Shown here: piece by piece, positions 28,032 through 37,900 of the stretch
How the letters are laid out: each line of letters starts with the position of its first letter
Numbering within the stretch: the stretch's first letter is position 1
DNA from: Sideroxyarcus sp.
GTDB taxonomy: Bacteria; Pseudomonadota; Gammaproteobacteria; Burkholderiales; Gallionellaceae
NCBI GenBank assembly: GCA_035299445.1
Contig: DATGWO010000035.1
Location: forward strand, 132,022-196,021
Reading direction: 5' to 3'
Length of the DNA stretch: 64,000 bases
The notes under the pieces: model-generated
Told to the model about the DNA's origin: nothing
The model's database searches: none
Seen by the model: the letters and a program-made list of their open reading frames with translations, nothing else
Made by a program: the position numbers and the translations under genes

Positions 28032-30407
28032 TTACGATCCGGCTTTTTCTTTTTCGGCCAGCCTGCGCCAAGTCTCCACCAGCGTGTCCGGATTCAGCGA
28101 CATGGTCTGGATGCCGATCTCCATCAGCCATTGGGCAAAGTCGAAATGGTCGGACGGGCCTTGCCCGCAGATGCCGACGTACTTGTCCAGCCGGTTGCAG
28201 GTGGTGATCGCCATCTTCAGCAAGGCCTTCACCGCCGCATCGCGCTCGTCGAAGCGGTCCGCCACCAGGCTGGAGTCGCGATCCAGACCGAGCGTCAGCT
28301 GGGTCAGGTCGTTGGAGCCGATGGAGAAACCGTCGAAATGCTGGAGGAACTCCTCGGCCAGCAAGGCGTTGGAAGGGATCTCGCACATCATGATCAGGCG
28401 CAGGCCGTGCTCGCCGCGCTTCAGGCCATGTTTCGCCAGCGTGGCAACCACGTCTTTCGCCTCTTGCACCGTGCGCACGAACGGGATCATCAGCTCGACG
28501 TTGGTGTAGCCCAGCTTCTCGCGCACGCGCTTCATCGCGCGGCATTCCAGCTCGAAACAATCCGAGAAGTTCGCCGCGACGTAACGCCCCGCGCCGCGGA
28601 AGCCGATCATCGGGTTCTCTTCCATCGGTTCGTAGATCTCGCCGCCCAGCAACTTGCGGTACTCGTTCGACTTGAAGTCGGACAGGCGCACGATGACCTT
28701 CTTCGGCCAGAACGCGGCGGCCAGCGTCGCCACGCCTTCGGTGATCTTCTCCACGTAGAACTCTTCCGGGCTGGCATAACCGGCGGCGCGCTTTGCCACC
28801 GCCTCGTGCAGCTTGCCCGGCAGCTTGTCGTATTCCAGCACCGCCTTCGGGTGGATGCCGATCAGGTTGTTGATGATGAATTCGAGCCGCGCCAGGCCGA
28901 TACCGGCCGACGGCAACTGCGCGAACTCGAACGCCAGCGTCGGGTTGCCGACGTTGAGCATGAGCTTCACCGGGATCGCCGGCAGCGCATCCTCGCTGTG
29001 GACCACCACCTCGAACGGCAGCTTGCCGTGATACACATAGCCGGTATCGCCCTCGGCGCAGGAAGCGGTGACGATCTCGCCGTCTTGCAGCGCAGTGGTA
29101 GCATGGCCGCAGCCGACGATCGCCGGGATGCCCAGTTCGCGCGCAATGATCGCCGCATGGCAGGTACGTCCGCCGCGATTGGTGATGATGGCGGAAGCCT
29201 TCTTCATCACCGGCTCCCAGTTCGGGTCGGTCATGTCGGTGACCAGCACGTCGCCGGCCTGCACCTTGTCCATCTCGGCGGTGCTGGCGACGATGCGCAC
29301 GCGGCCGACGCCGATCTTCTGGCCGATGGCGCGGCCTTCGGTCAGCACGGTGCCGCGCTGTTGCAAACGATACTTCTCGGTGCCGCCGTTGCCCGCATTC
29401 GACTTCACCGTCTCCGGGCGAGCCTGCAGGATGTAGAGCTTGCCGTCCACGCCGTCCTTGCCCCACTCGATGTCCATCGGCCGGCCGTAATGCTGCTCGA
29501 TGGATACCGCGTAGCGCGCCAGCTGCAACACGTCCGCGTCATTCAACGAGAACTTCGATTGATCGGCGACCGGCACCGGCTCGATGCGCGTGGAACGCCC
29601 GGCGGAGCGCTGCGCGTCGAACACCATGCGCTGCTGCTTGGAACCCAGCGCGCGGCGGATCACCGCAGGGAAACCGGCGGCGAGCTGCGGCTTGTGCACG
29701 TAGAACTCGTCCGGATTCACCGCGCCCTGCACCACCATCTCGCCCAGACCGTAGGACGAGGTGATGAACACCGCATCGCGGAAACCGGATTCGGTATCCA
29801 GCGTGAACATCACGCCGGATGCACCCAAGTCGGAGCGCACCATGCGCTGCACGCCGGCGGACAGCGCCACATCGGCGTGGGTGAAGTCCTTGTGCACGCG
29901 GTAGGAGATGGCGCGGTCGTTGTACAGCGAGGCGAACACTTCGCGGATCGCGTGCAGGATGTTGTCGATGCCGTGGATGTTGAGGAAGGTCTCCTGCTGT
30001 CCGGCGAACGAGGCGTCGGGAAGGTCTTCCGCAGTCGCAGAGGAGCGCACGGCGAAGCTGCCCTCGCCCGCCGCCGCGAGTTTGTCGTAGTGGCTGCGGA
30101 TCTCTTCTTCCAGACGCTTGGGCAGCGGCGCCTCGACGATCCAGCCGCGGATCTTGCGTCCCGCCTCGGCCAGCGCGGTGACATCGTCCACGTTCAGCGT
30201 GGACAGCGTCTGCTCGATGCGCTTGTCCAGCCCGTCGTTCGCCAGGAAGTCGCGATACGCCTGCGCCGTGGTGGCAAAGCCGCCGGGCACTTGCACGCCG
30301 GACGAGCTCAGGTTGGAAATCATCTCGCCGAGCGAAGCGTTCTTCCCGCCCACCTCGGGAATGTCGGCGATACCCAGAGACTGGAATGGAATGACGTAAG
30401 GTTGCAT
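28032..30407 (-). CDS. ppsA: Phosphoenolpyruvate synthase
   Basis: [35 protein letters not shown] (phospho-His), [15 protein letters not shown]. Confidence 0.98.
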   Translation of the reverse strand: MQPYVIPFQSLGIADIPEVGGKNASLGEMISNLSSSGVQVPGGFATTAQAYRDFLANDGLDKRIEQTLSTLNVDDVTALAEAGRKIRGWIVEAPLPKRLEEEIRSHYDKLAAAGEGSFAVRSSATAEDLPDASFAGQQETFLNIHGIDNILHAIREVFASLYNDRAISYRVHKDFTHADVALSAGVQRMVRSDLGASGVMFTLDTESGFRDAVFITSSYGLGEMVVQGAVNPDEFYVHKPQLAAGFPAVIRRALGSKQQRMVFDAQRSAGRSTRIEPVPVADQSKFSLNDADVLQLARYAVSIEQHYGRPMDIEWGKDGVDGKLYILQARPETVKSNAGNGGTEKYRLQQRGTVLTEGRAIGQKIGVGRVRIVASTAEMDKVQAGDVLVTDMTDPNWEPVMKKASAIITNRGGRTCHAAIIARELGIPAIVGCGHATTALQDGEIVTASCAEGDTGYVYHGKLPFEVVVHSEDALPAIPVKLMLNVGNPTLAFEFAQLPSAGIGLARLEFIINNLIGIHPKAVLEYDKLPGKLHEAVAKRAAGYASPEEFYVEKITEGVATLAAAFWPKKVIVRLSDFKSNEYRKLLGGEIYEPMEENPMIGFRGAGRYVAANFSDCFELECRAMKRVREKLGYTNVELMIPFVRTVQEAKDVVATLAKHGLKRGEHGLRLIMMCEIPSNALLAEEFLQHFDGFSIGSNDLTQLTLGLDRDSSLVADRFDERDAAVKALLKMAITTCNRLDKYVGICGQGPSDHFDFAQWLMEIGIQTMSLNPDTLVETWRRLAEKEKAGS

Positions 30408-30489
30408 GGCCTTCTCCTGATTATGTTGAACTACACTTCTTTTTGCCGGACATACCCGATCCGGCAAATCCCCTAAAACCGATAACGGT

Positions 30490-30675
30490 TCAATGCCGCT
30501 CGCGCTTGCACTGTGCCTCGCCGCAACGTTTGTTGCCGCAACCGCAGCCCTCGCCTTCCTCGCGCAACGCGCCGAACTCCGGATGCCGTGCCGCGAAATT
30601 CCTGGCTGCCGCACGCACCAGCAGCCAGCCGGCGAACAGCCCGAATACGATCAATACAGTCTTGAGGTAAATCAT
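30490..30675 (-). CDS. Small TM protein with a 4-Cys tail, last gene of the rnf operon (NqrM-like architecture)
   Basis: [61 protein letters not shown]; start overlaps the rnfA stop. Confidence 0.75.
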   Translation of the reverse strand: MIYLKTVLIVFGLFAGWLLVRAAARNFAARHPEFGALREEGEGCGCGNKRCGEAQCKRERH

Positions 30676-31262
30676 TCTCCTGCCCCCAATCCGGCAAAAC
30701 CCATGAAGGTCAGCGACAGCAGGCCAGCGAGGATCAGCGACAGCGCCGTGCCCTGCACCAGCGCCGGCACATTGGCCAGCTGCAACCGTTCGCGCAGCGA
30801 CGCCATCAGCACCAAGGCCAGCGTGAAACCGGCGCCGCCCGCGAACGAGAAGGTCAGCGATTGCGTGAAGTCGTATTCGCGCGCGGTCTGGAACAGCGCC
30901 ACGCCCAGTACCGCGCAGTTGGTGGTGATCAGCGGCAGGTAGATGCCCAGCGCACGGAACAGCGCCGGGCTGTATTTCTTCATCACCATCTCCACCAGCT
31001 GCACCGACGAGGCGATCACCACGATGTAGGAGATCAGCCGCAAGAACTCGAGATGCAGCACGCCCAGCAGCCAGTTCAACCCGTAGGCACACAGCGAGGC
31101 CACGACCATCACGAAGGTGGTCGCCACGCCCATCGGGAACGCCGTGCCCAGGCGTCCCGATACGCCGAGGAAAGGGCACAGGCCAAGGAACATGGCCAGC
31201 ACGAAGTTGTTGGTCAGCAGCGTGCCGATGAAGATCTGGCTCAGCGAATCAGTCATGTCCAT
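30672..31262 (-). CDS. rnfA: Rnf complex subunit A
   Basis: NNFVLAMFLGLCPFLG, LPLITTNCAVLG. Confidence 0.95.
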   Translation of the reverse strand: MDMTDSLSQIFIGTLLTNNFVLAMFLGLCPFLGVSGRLGTAFPMGVATTFVMVVASLCAYGLNWLLGVLHLEFLRLISYIVVIASSVQLVEMVMKKYSPALFRALGIYLPLITTNCAVLGVALFQTAREYDFTQSLTFSFAGGAGFTLALVLMASLRERLQLANVPALVQGTALSLILAGLLSLTFMGFAGLGAGE

Positions 31263-31890
31263 TGCCTCCTTCCATCGCTGCCTTCCTGCTGCGCAGCAGC
31301 GAGAACAGCAGCAGCCAGCCGCCCAGCACGAAGAAGCCGCCCGGCGGCAACACCATCACCACCCAGGGCTGGAACTGCTCGCCGAACAGCGCGACGCCGA
31401 ACAGCTTGCCCGCACCCAGGATCTCGCGCGTCGCACCCAGCGCCAACAGGCCGATGGTGAAGCCGATGCCCATGCCCAGCGCGTTGACCACAGCCTTCAG
31501 CGGCGGGTTCTTCGAGGCATGTGCCTCGGCGCGCCCGAGGATGATGCAGTTCACCACGATCAGCTGGATGAACGCACCCAATGCCTCGTACAGCTTCAGG
31601 CTCACCGCCTGGATCAGGTAATCGACCAGCGTCACGAAGGTCGCGATGATCACGATGTAGGTCGCGATGCGCACTTCCTTTGGCACCAGGTTGCGGATCA
31701 GCGACACCAGCAGGCAGGAACTGACCAGCACAAAGGAGGTGGCGAGGCCCATCGACAGCGCGTTCTCCGCGGAGACGGTGACCGCCAGCGTCGGGCACAT
31801 GCCCAGCACCATCACGAACACCGGGTTCTGCCGCCACACGCCTTCCATGAAGGTGTCGAAGGTGATCGCTTGATCGGCTTGTCGGCTCAT
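31249..31890 (-). CDS. rnfE: Rnf complex subunit E
   Basis: NPVFVMVLGMCPTLAV, LIVVNCIILGRAE, LPPGGF. Confidence 0.95.
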   Translation of the reverse strand: MSRQADQAITFDTFMEGVWRQNPVFVMVLGMCPTLAVTVSAENALSMGLATSFVLVSSCLLVSLIRNLVPKEVRIATYIVIIATFVTLVDYLIQAVSLKLYEALGAFIQLIVVNCIILGRAEAHASKNPPLKAVVNALGMGIGFTIGLLALGATREILGAGKLFGVALFGEQFQPWVVMVLPPGGFFVLGGWLLLFSLLRSRKAAMEGGNGHD

Positions 31891-32558
31891 GGCTGCAACT
31901 CCTTGATATGCGGGACCAGCAGCGGCATCAGCTTCTGCGCGCTGTCGTTGAGGCCGCGCCCGACCGCTTTCGATGTCACGGTGGCACCGGCGATGGCATC
32001 GATCTCCCAGGCGTTCTGCTTGCCGCCGTGCTTGACCACCTTCACCGCGTTCGCCAGCGCCTTCATCTCGGCATCGACGCGCACGTCGAGCGCCTCGAAG
32101 TTCTGCAGGAAGGCCTGGTCGGTGATGATCTTGTCGCCGATCCCCGGCGTCTCGCGCATGGATACTACGCCGATGCCGACGATGCACTGGCAGGCCGCGT
32201 CGTAGCCGTACAGCACGCGCACCACGTCGGCATAACCCTTGCCGGCGGCTTCGGCAGCGATGCCCTTCAGCGCGCCGGACTGGTCGTAGGCCGCATAGAA
32301 CTTCACGCCGCCTTCCGGCATCGCGCCCGTCAGCGGCTGGATGCCTGCCGGCGTCGCGGCGAACTCCTTCACGCTGGCCGCGCCCGGCAGCACCTTGAAC
32401 ACCGCGCGCTCCAGCGTGACACGCTTGTTCTCGGCGATGGCCTCCTGCGTGCCTTCGAAGGCACCGACGATGAGCACACCGCAGAAGCCGGCGACCAGCA
32501 CCATGGTGGCGATCATCCTGCCGCCCGGCGTGATCTGGTTTGGCAGCGGCTCGTTCAT
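31887..32558 (-). CDS. rnfG: Rnf complex subunit G (FMN-binding)
   Basis: TM anchor, ETPGIG, DAIAGATVTS flavinylation motif. Confidence 0.92.
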   Translation of the reverse strand: MNEPLPNQITPGGRMIATMVLVAGFCGVLIVGAFEGTQEAIAENKRVTLERAVFKVLPGAASVKEFAATPAGIQPLTGAMPEGGVKFYAAYDQSGALKGIAAEAAGKGYADVVRVLYGYDAACQCIVGIGVVSMRETPGIGDKIITDQAFLQNFEALDVRVDAEMKALANAVKVVKHGGKQNAWEIDAIAGATVTSKAVGRGLNDSAQKLMPLLVPHIKELQP

Positions 32559-33592
32559 TTGCCCCTCCGCTGGCGCGTGCCGAACACGCGCGGCTGGGTG
32601 TACTGGTCGATCAGCGGGGTCAGCGCATTGCCGAGCAGGATCGCGTACATCACGCCTTCGGTCAGCCCGCCGAAATAGCGGATCATCACCGTCACCACGC
32701 CGATCACCGCGCCGTAGATCCACACGCCCACCGGCGTCACCGGCGAGGTCGCCATGTCGGTCGCCATGAACAGCGCGCCCAGCATCAGGCCGCCGGAGAA
32801 CAGCACGAGGTGGATGGGCGGATAGGTCACCGGATCGTACAGGCGGAACAGCCAGGCGACCAGCAGCGCGCTGCCGAGCACCGCCACCGGGATGCGCCAG
32901 TCCATGAACTTGCGCACCGCAAGGTACAAGCCGCAGATCCCCAGCAGCAGGGCCGAGGTCTCCCCGGTCGAGGCGCTGACTGCGCCGGTCACCAGGTCCT
33001 GCAACGGATAGACGAAGTGCTCGAATTTCCAGCGCGCCAGCGGCGTCGCGCCGGTGAAGCCGTCGACCGATGCCGCCGCGACCCAGCCGCTATTGTCGTT
33101 CGGCAGCATGAACGGCAGCGTCAGCGTGGACGGGGCGAATTCGGTGAAGCGCTGCGGCGCATAGGCCGGCACCCAGATGGTGATAGCGGCGGGGAACGAA
33201 GCCTGCACGAAGGCGCGCCCCACCAGCGCCGGGTTGAACACGTTGTGGCCGAGGCCGCCGAACAGCGCCTTGCCGACGGCGATGGCGACGAAGCCCGCCA
33301 CCGCGCCCATCCACAGCGGGAAGGCGGGCGGCAGCGTCAGCGCGAGCAGCAGGCCGGTGATGACAGCGCTCCAGTCGCCCAGCGTGCTCGCCTGCCCCGC
33401 GGTGCGATTGAACAGCCGCTCGGTGGCAAGGCAGGCGGCGGTGACGGCAAGCAGCAACGCCAGCGCCGAGAGGCCGTATTGCCACACTGAGAAGGCGCAG
33501 ATCGGCAGCAGCGCCAACACCACGTGCAGCATGATGCGCTCCACGCTGCGGTCGCTGACCAGGTGCGGCGAGGTACGGAGTTCGATGCTCAT
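32555..33592 (-). CDS. rnfD: Rnf complex subunit D
   Basis: TSPH, FGGLGHNVFNPALVGR, DGFTGATPL, FMATD. Confidence 0.95.
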   Translation of the reverse strand: MSIELRTSPHLVSDRSVERIMLHVVLALLPICAFSVWQYGLSALALLLAVTAACLATERLFNRTAGQASTLGDWSAVITGLLLALTLPPAFPLWMGAVAGFVAIAVGKALFGGLGHNVFNPALVGRAFVQASFPAAITIWVPAYAPQRFTEFAPSTLTLPFMLPNDNSGWVAAASVDGFTGATPLARWKFEHFVYPLQDLVTGAVSASTGETSALLLGICGLYLAVRKFMDWRIPVAVLGSALLVAWLFRLYDPVTYPPIHLVLFSGGLMLGALFMATDMATSPVTPVGVWIYGAVIGVVTVMIRYFGGLTEGVMYAILLGNALTPLIDQYTQPRVFGTRQRRGK

Positions 33593-34923
33593 GCGGCGAC
33601 TTTCTCCCGATTGAACGCCTTTGCTACCCGGAACTGCTGCACCAAGGGGATATGCGACGGGCAGACGTAGCTGCAGCAGCCGCATTCGAAACAACGATCC
33701 AGATTGTAGCGCTCCGCCATCATTCCGTATTCGCGTTTCGCCGCCAGCAAGCCGAGCTGCGAAGGATTGAGGAACTTGGGGCAGACGTTCACGCATTCGC
33801 CGCACTTGATGCAGGCGTAGCTGCGTTGCGCTTCCGCGCTCGCTTCGGCGAAGGCGAGCACGCCCGAGGTGCCCTTGGTCACCGGCACATCCAGCGACGC
33901 GACGGTCATGCCCATCATCGGGCCGCCGAGGATGATCTCTTGTGCGCTGCTGCGCGCGCCGACCTGTTCCAGCACCCAGCGCAGCGGCGTGCCGATCGGC
34001 ACGATGTAGTTGCCGGGTCGTGCCACGGCCGGGCCGGCCACGGTCAGCACACGCTCGACCATGCCCTCGCCCGCCGGCAGCAGGCGGCCGAGATAGGCCA
34101 GCGTCATCACGTTGTTCATCAGCACGCCGATGGAGGCGGGACGTTGTCCGGCCGGTATCTCGCGGCCGAGCAGGGCATAGATGATGGTGTCTTCCGCACC
34201 TTGCGGATACTTGGTCTCCAGCGCCTGTACGGTGATCGCGCCGTCGGTCGGCAGTGCGGCGCGGATCGCCGCGATGGCGTCCGGCTTGTTGTCTTCCACG
34301 CCGATGATGGCATGCGGCGCGCCGCTCACCTTGAGCGCGATGCGGATGCCGCGCAGCAGGTCCTGCGTGCGTTCCACCATCACACGGTGGTCGCAGGTGA
34401 GGAAGGGTTCGCATTCGGCGCCGTTCACCACCAGCGTGTCTATCTTCACTTCTGGCGGTAGCGAGAGTTTCACATGCGCCGGGAAGGTGGCGCCGCCCAA
34501 ACCGGCGATGCCGGTCCGCTGTATCGCGGCCAGCAACTCCTGCTTGTCCATGGCTTCGATGTCGCACGGCTGCCCCGCCCGCACCTGCTGCCCGTCCGCC
34601 TCATACACGCGGATGGTGATGGAATCGACCATCTTGCCGTTGGCCGCCGGCATCGGGCCTATCGCTTCCACCACGCCGGTGGCCGGTGCATGCACCGGCA
34701 GCGACATCATGCCGTCGGCCGTGGCGATGAGCTGGCCGCGCAGCACCTCCTCGCCCACGCTCACGCAACACACGGCCGGTTTGCCGATGTGCTGCGACAG
34801 CGGCACGACCAGCCGTGGCGCGAACGCCATGCGCCTGATCGGCAGGCTGCCGGTCTCCTTGTGGTACACGGGATGGATGCCGTGCTCGAAGGTCGCCGCG
34901 CGATGGAAGAAAGGCAGTCGCAT
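33589..34923 (-). CDS. rnfC: Rnf complex subunit C (short form)
   Basis: GLGGATFP, NGAECEP, GGPMMG, CIKCGECVNVCP, CFECGCCSYVCP. Confidence 0.96.
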   Translation of the reverse strand: MRLPFFHRAATFEHGIHPVYHKETGSLPIRRMAFAPRLVVPLSQHIGKPAVCCVSVGEEVLRGQLIATADGMMSLPVHAPATGVVEAIGPMPAANGKMVDSITIRVYEADGQQVRAGQPCDIEAMDKQELLAAIQRTGIAGLGGATFPAHVKLSLPPEVKIDTLVVNGAECEPFLTCDHRVMVERTQDLLRGIRIALKVSGAPHAIIGVEDNKPDAIAAIRAALPTDGAITVQALETKYPQGAEDTIIYALLGREIPAGQRPASIGVLMNNVMTLAYLGRLLPAGEGMVERVLTVAGPAVARPGNYIVPIGTPLRWVLEQVGARSSAQEIILGGPMMGMTVASLDVPVTKGTSGVLAFAEASAEAQRSYACIKCGECVNVCPKFLNPSQLGLLAAKREYGMMAERYNLDRCFECGCCSYVCPSHIPLVQQFRVAKAFNREKVAA

Positions 34924-34930
34924 CTTCGTC

Positions 34931-37900
34931 TCAGTTGAACTTGGCCGCCCGTGCCTTCAGTTTTTCCAGGTTCGGCTCGCTCATGTTCCAGGGCGTACCG
35001 GGGTGGATGACGCCGGCGGTGCATTTTTCCGCCGCTTTAACGAGGTCCAGATAACTGCCCGCCTTCGGGTCGAGGACGATGACTTTTTTCGTTTCATTGT
35101 AGGCAAACACCTTGGGGTTGATATTGATGCATTCGTCGCAGGCGGTGCATTCCGGCGTGTCGATCCACACCGGATCGTAGCCGTCGGCATTCGCTGCGGC
35201 CTGGGTGACGACCGTCGCCGGTTGTGCCGTTGCATTGCCGCCGTCCGGCCCTGCGGAGAGTTGCTGGATCAGCTCCTGCCGCACACGGGCGGCGATGGCG
35301 CTCTCGTCCGCCGCTGCGACTGCACGCCCCACGCCGGCCACATCCTTGAGCTGCTTCCAGAACTGCAAGCGCTCTTCGCAGGAGTGCACCATCTCGGCCG
35401 ACACCAGCACGCGCATCAGGCGCTGCTTCTTGTCCACCGCCCAGATGAAGGGGAACTTGCCTTCGCGCCCGTCCGCGTCCAGCTTGAGGAAATCGGCCAG
35501 CAGCAGCATGTCGTCGTTCCATGTCTCCGGCGGCGCCTTCTTGAACTGCTTGGCAAAGCGGCCTTCGGACAGGGCGAAATCGGCGAAGGTCAGCGGCAGC
35601 GTCATGCTCTTCTTCTCGCCATCCTCCAGATATTCCAGCTTGTAGGCGATCCAGTCCGCCCCCAGCTCGGGATTGCCCTGCAGCGAGACGCTCTCGGAGA
35701 AAGTCACGCCGGCATCCGGATCGAACACGAACAACGGGAAGGCGCGCGACTCGGTCGCCATCTTGCTCTGCGCGACGGCGCTGTTGTCGCCGACGCCGTG
35801 CTCGGGCGGGCACACCGCGTACACGTTGAACAGGGCCGGGCGGCGGCTGTTGATGCCGTCGATGAAGCTCTCCAGCATGTGCGTGATGTTGCCCTGCGAC
35901 AGCTGCGCCACGTAGGAGGTGCGGTGCGCCATGCCGATTACGCTGATCTCCTTGCGCATCTCGGTCTTGCCGTGCTGGCTCGCGCCATAGGGCGACATGT
36001 CGGCCACCTGGCCGATGAAGCCGGAAGTGCAAGCCTGGCCGCCGGTGTTGGAGTACACCTGCGTGTCGACGATGAGGATCTTCACCGGCTTGCCGGACAT
36101 CAGCGCGCGCGACAGGTTCTGGAAACCGATGTCGAACATCGCGCCGTCGCCGCCGACCGCCACCACCGGCGGGCACAGCAACCATTCCTCGTCGTTGAAC
36201 TGCTCCCAGTTGAAGCGGGCGAAGAAACCATCCTGCTCGGCGGGATCGTAACCGCCCGCCAGTTCCTTCTCGGCCTGGCGCACGACCTTGAAGCCTTCCG
36301 CCATCTTGGCCATGTGGCCCTCGAACACGCCCATCGCGACGGACGGCGAATCCTGGAACAGGTGCGATGTCCACGGAAAGGGATAGGGGTTGAACGGGAA
36401 GGTCGAGGCCCATACCGAGGTGCAGCCGGTGGAATTGACGATGCCCATCTCGGCACGGCCGTTCTTGCTCGGACCTTCCATGTAACGCCAGCGCAAGTCC
36501 TTCAGCTTCTCCAGCATCTGGCTCACACGCTTCAGCCATTGAGGATCGATGGGCTGGCCGGAATGCCTGGCCAGCAGGCTCTCGGACAGATTGGCCAGGG
36601 TGAGGTCGCGGCCCTTGTGCTGCTGCACGGCCTCCATCAGCGCCGTGGTGTCGGTCAGGTCGACCGTGGAGCTGAGCTTCATGCGGACATGGTTCTCCAG
36701 GTCGGCGATCAGCTTGTCCAGCCTGGCGACGAACTTCTTCACGCGCGGCTGTTGCAGCGCAGTGACCGTGGCGGTGAACAGGTGGATGGATCCCTTCTCG
36801 CCGCAACCCAGGCAGGCGCCGTCGCCGCTGACCAGCGACATGTAGTTGTGCTTGTCCAGCAGCAGCGTTTCCAGCGCGCCGACTTTCTCGTCGAGATCGT
36901 CGATGCGACTGTATTGCGCCGGGGTGGTGGGCAGGTCGAGCCAGAAGTTCCAGTCGCGGCGCAGTTCGGCGATGGATTCCTTGGTCTGCGTGACCATCTT
37001 CAGCGCGTCGTCCTCGCACACATCCACGCACAGCGCGCAGCCCTTGCAGGTGTAGGGATTGATGGTGATGGAGAACAGGCCGCCAGTCCCCTTCTCTTTC
37101 TTTTCCTTCAGATTCCAGTACGGCTTGGTGGTGGCCAGCTTGAAGCCGCCGATCTCTGTGCGCAGCAGGTTCAGTTCGGCTTCCAGCTTGTTGCGCTCTT
37201 CGCCTTGGGCGGCGTCCTCGGCGAACGCCTCGGTGATGGCATTGGCCAGCAGTGCGCGCACGTCGAGACCGTCACGGTCCAGCGCGACGCGCAGTTTCTT
37301 CTCGATGGCACGGCTGAATTTGCGCAGGAAGCGGGTCGGGCGTCCGCCGATCTCGATGTTCTGGATGGCGGTGTTGAGCACATCGGCAGGTGTGGAGACC
37401 AGGCCGGGGATGGCGCTGTCCGGGCAGGTGGTGAAGCAGTTGCCGCAGGCGGTGCAGTTCTCCGCCTTCCATTCCGGATGCTCGAAACGCACGCCGGTCA
37501 TGTCGCGATACACGCCGGTCACGGCGGGGATCACCGACAATCCGATGAACGGGTCGACCAGGTTGCCGGAGCCTTCGCCCTGCATGTAGAAGCTGCCGGT
37601 CTGCTCCCAGAAACGGTGCACGTCGGAGACGCCGCCGTCGCCCTCCGGCAGACGTTTGAGCATGATCGGCAACGAGGCGGCCGTTTTTCCCGCCGCTTGC
37701 GCGCGCAGGCCTACCTTCATCAGTTCCGGCGCGATCTCGTGCATCTCGTCATAACCGCGGCGCACCACGCGCAGATTGTCCTCGACGATGCGCTTGCCCT
37801 TCTTGCCGAACTTGGATTCGAGCTGGTTCTCGATGGCGGTGAACAAGGTCTCTTCGGACAGGCCGGCGCGCTCCTTCACATCGGAGGCGCGGAAGAACGC

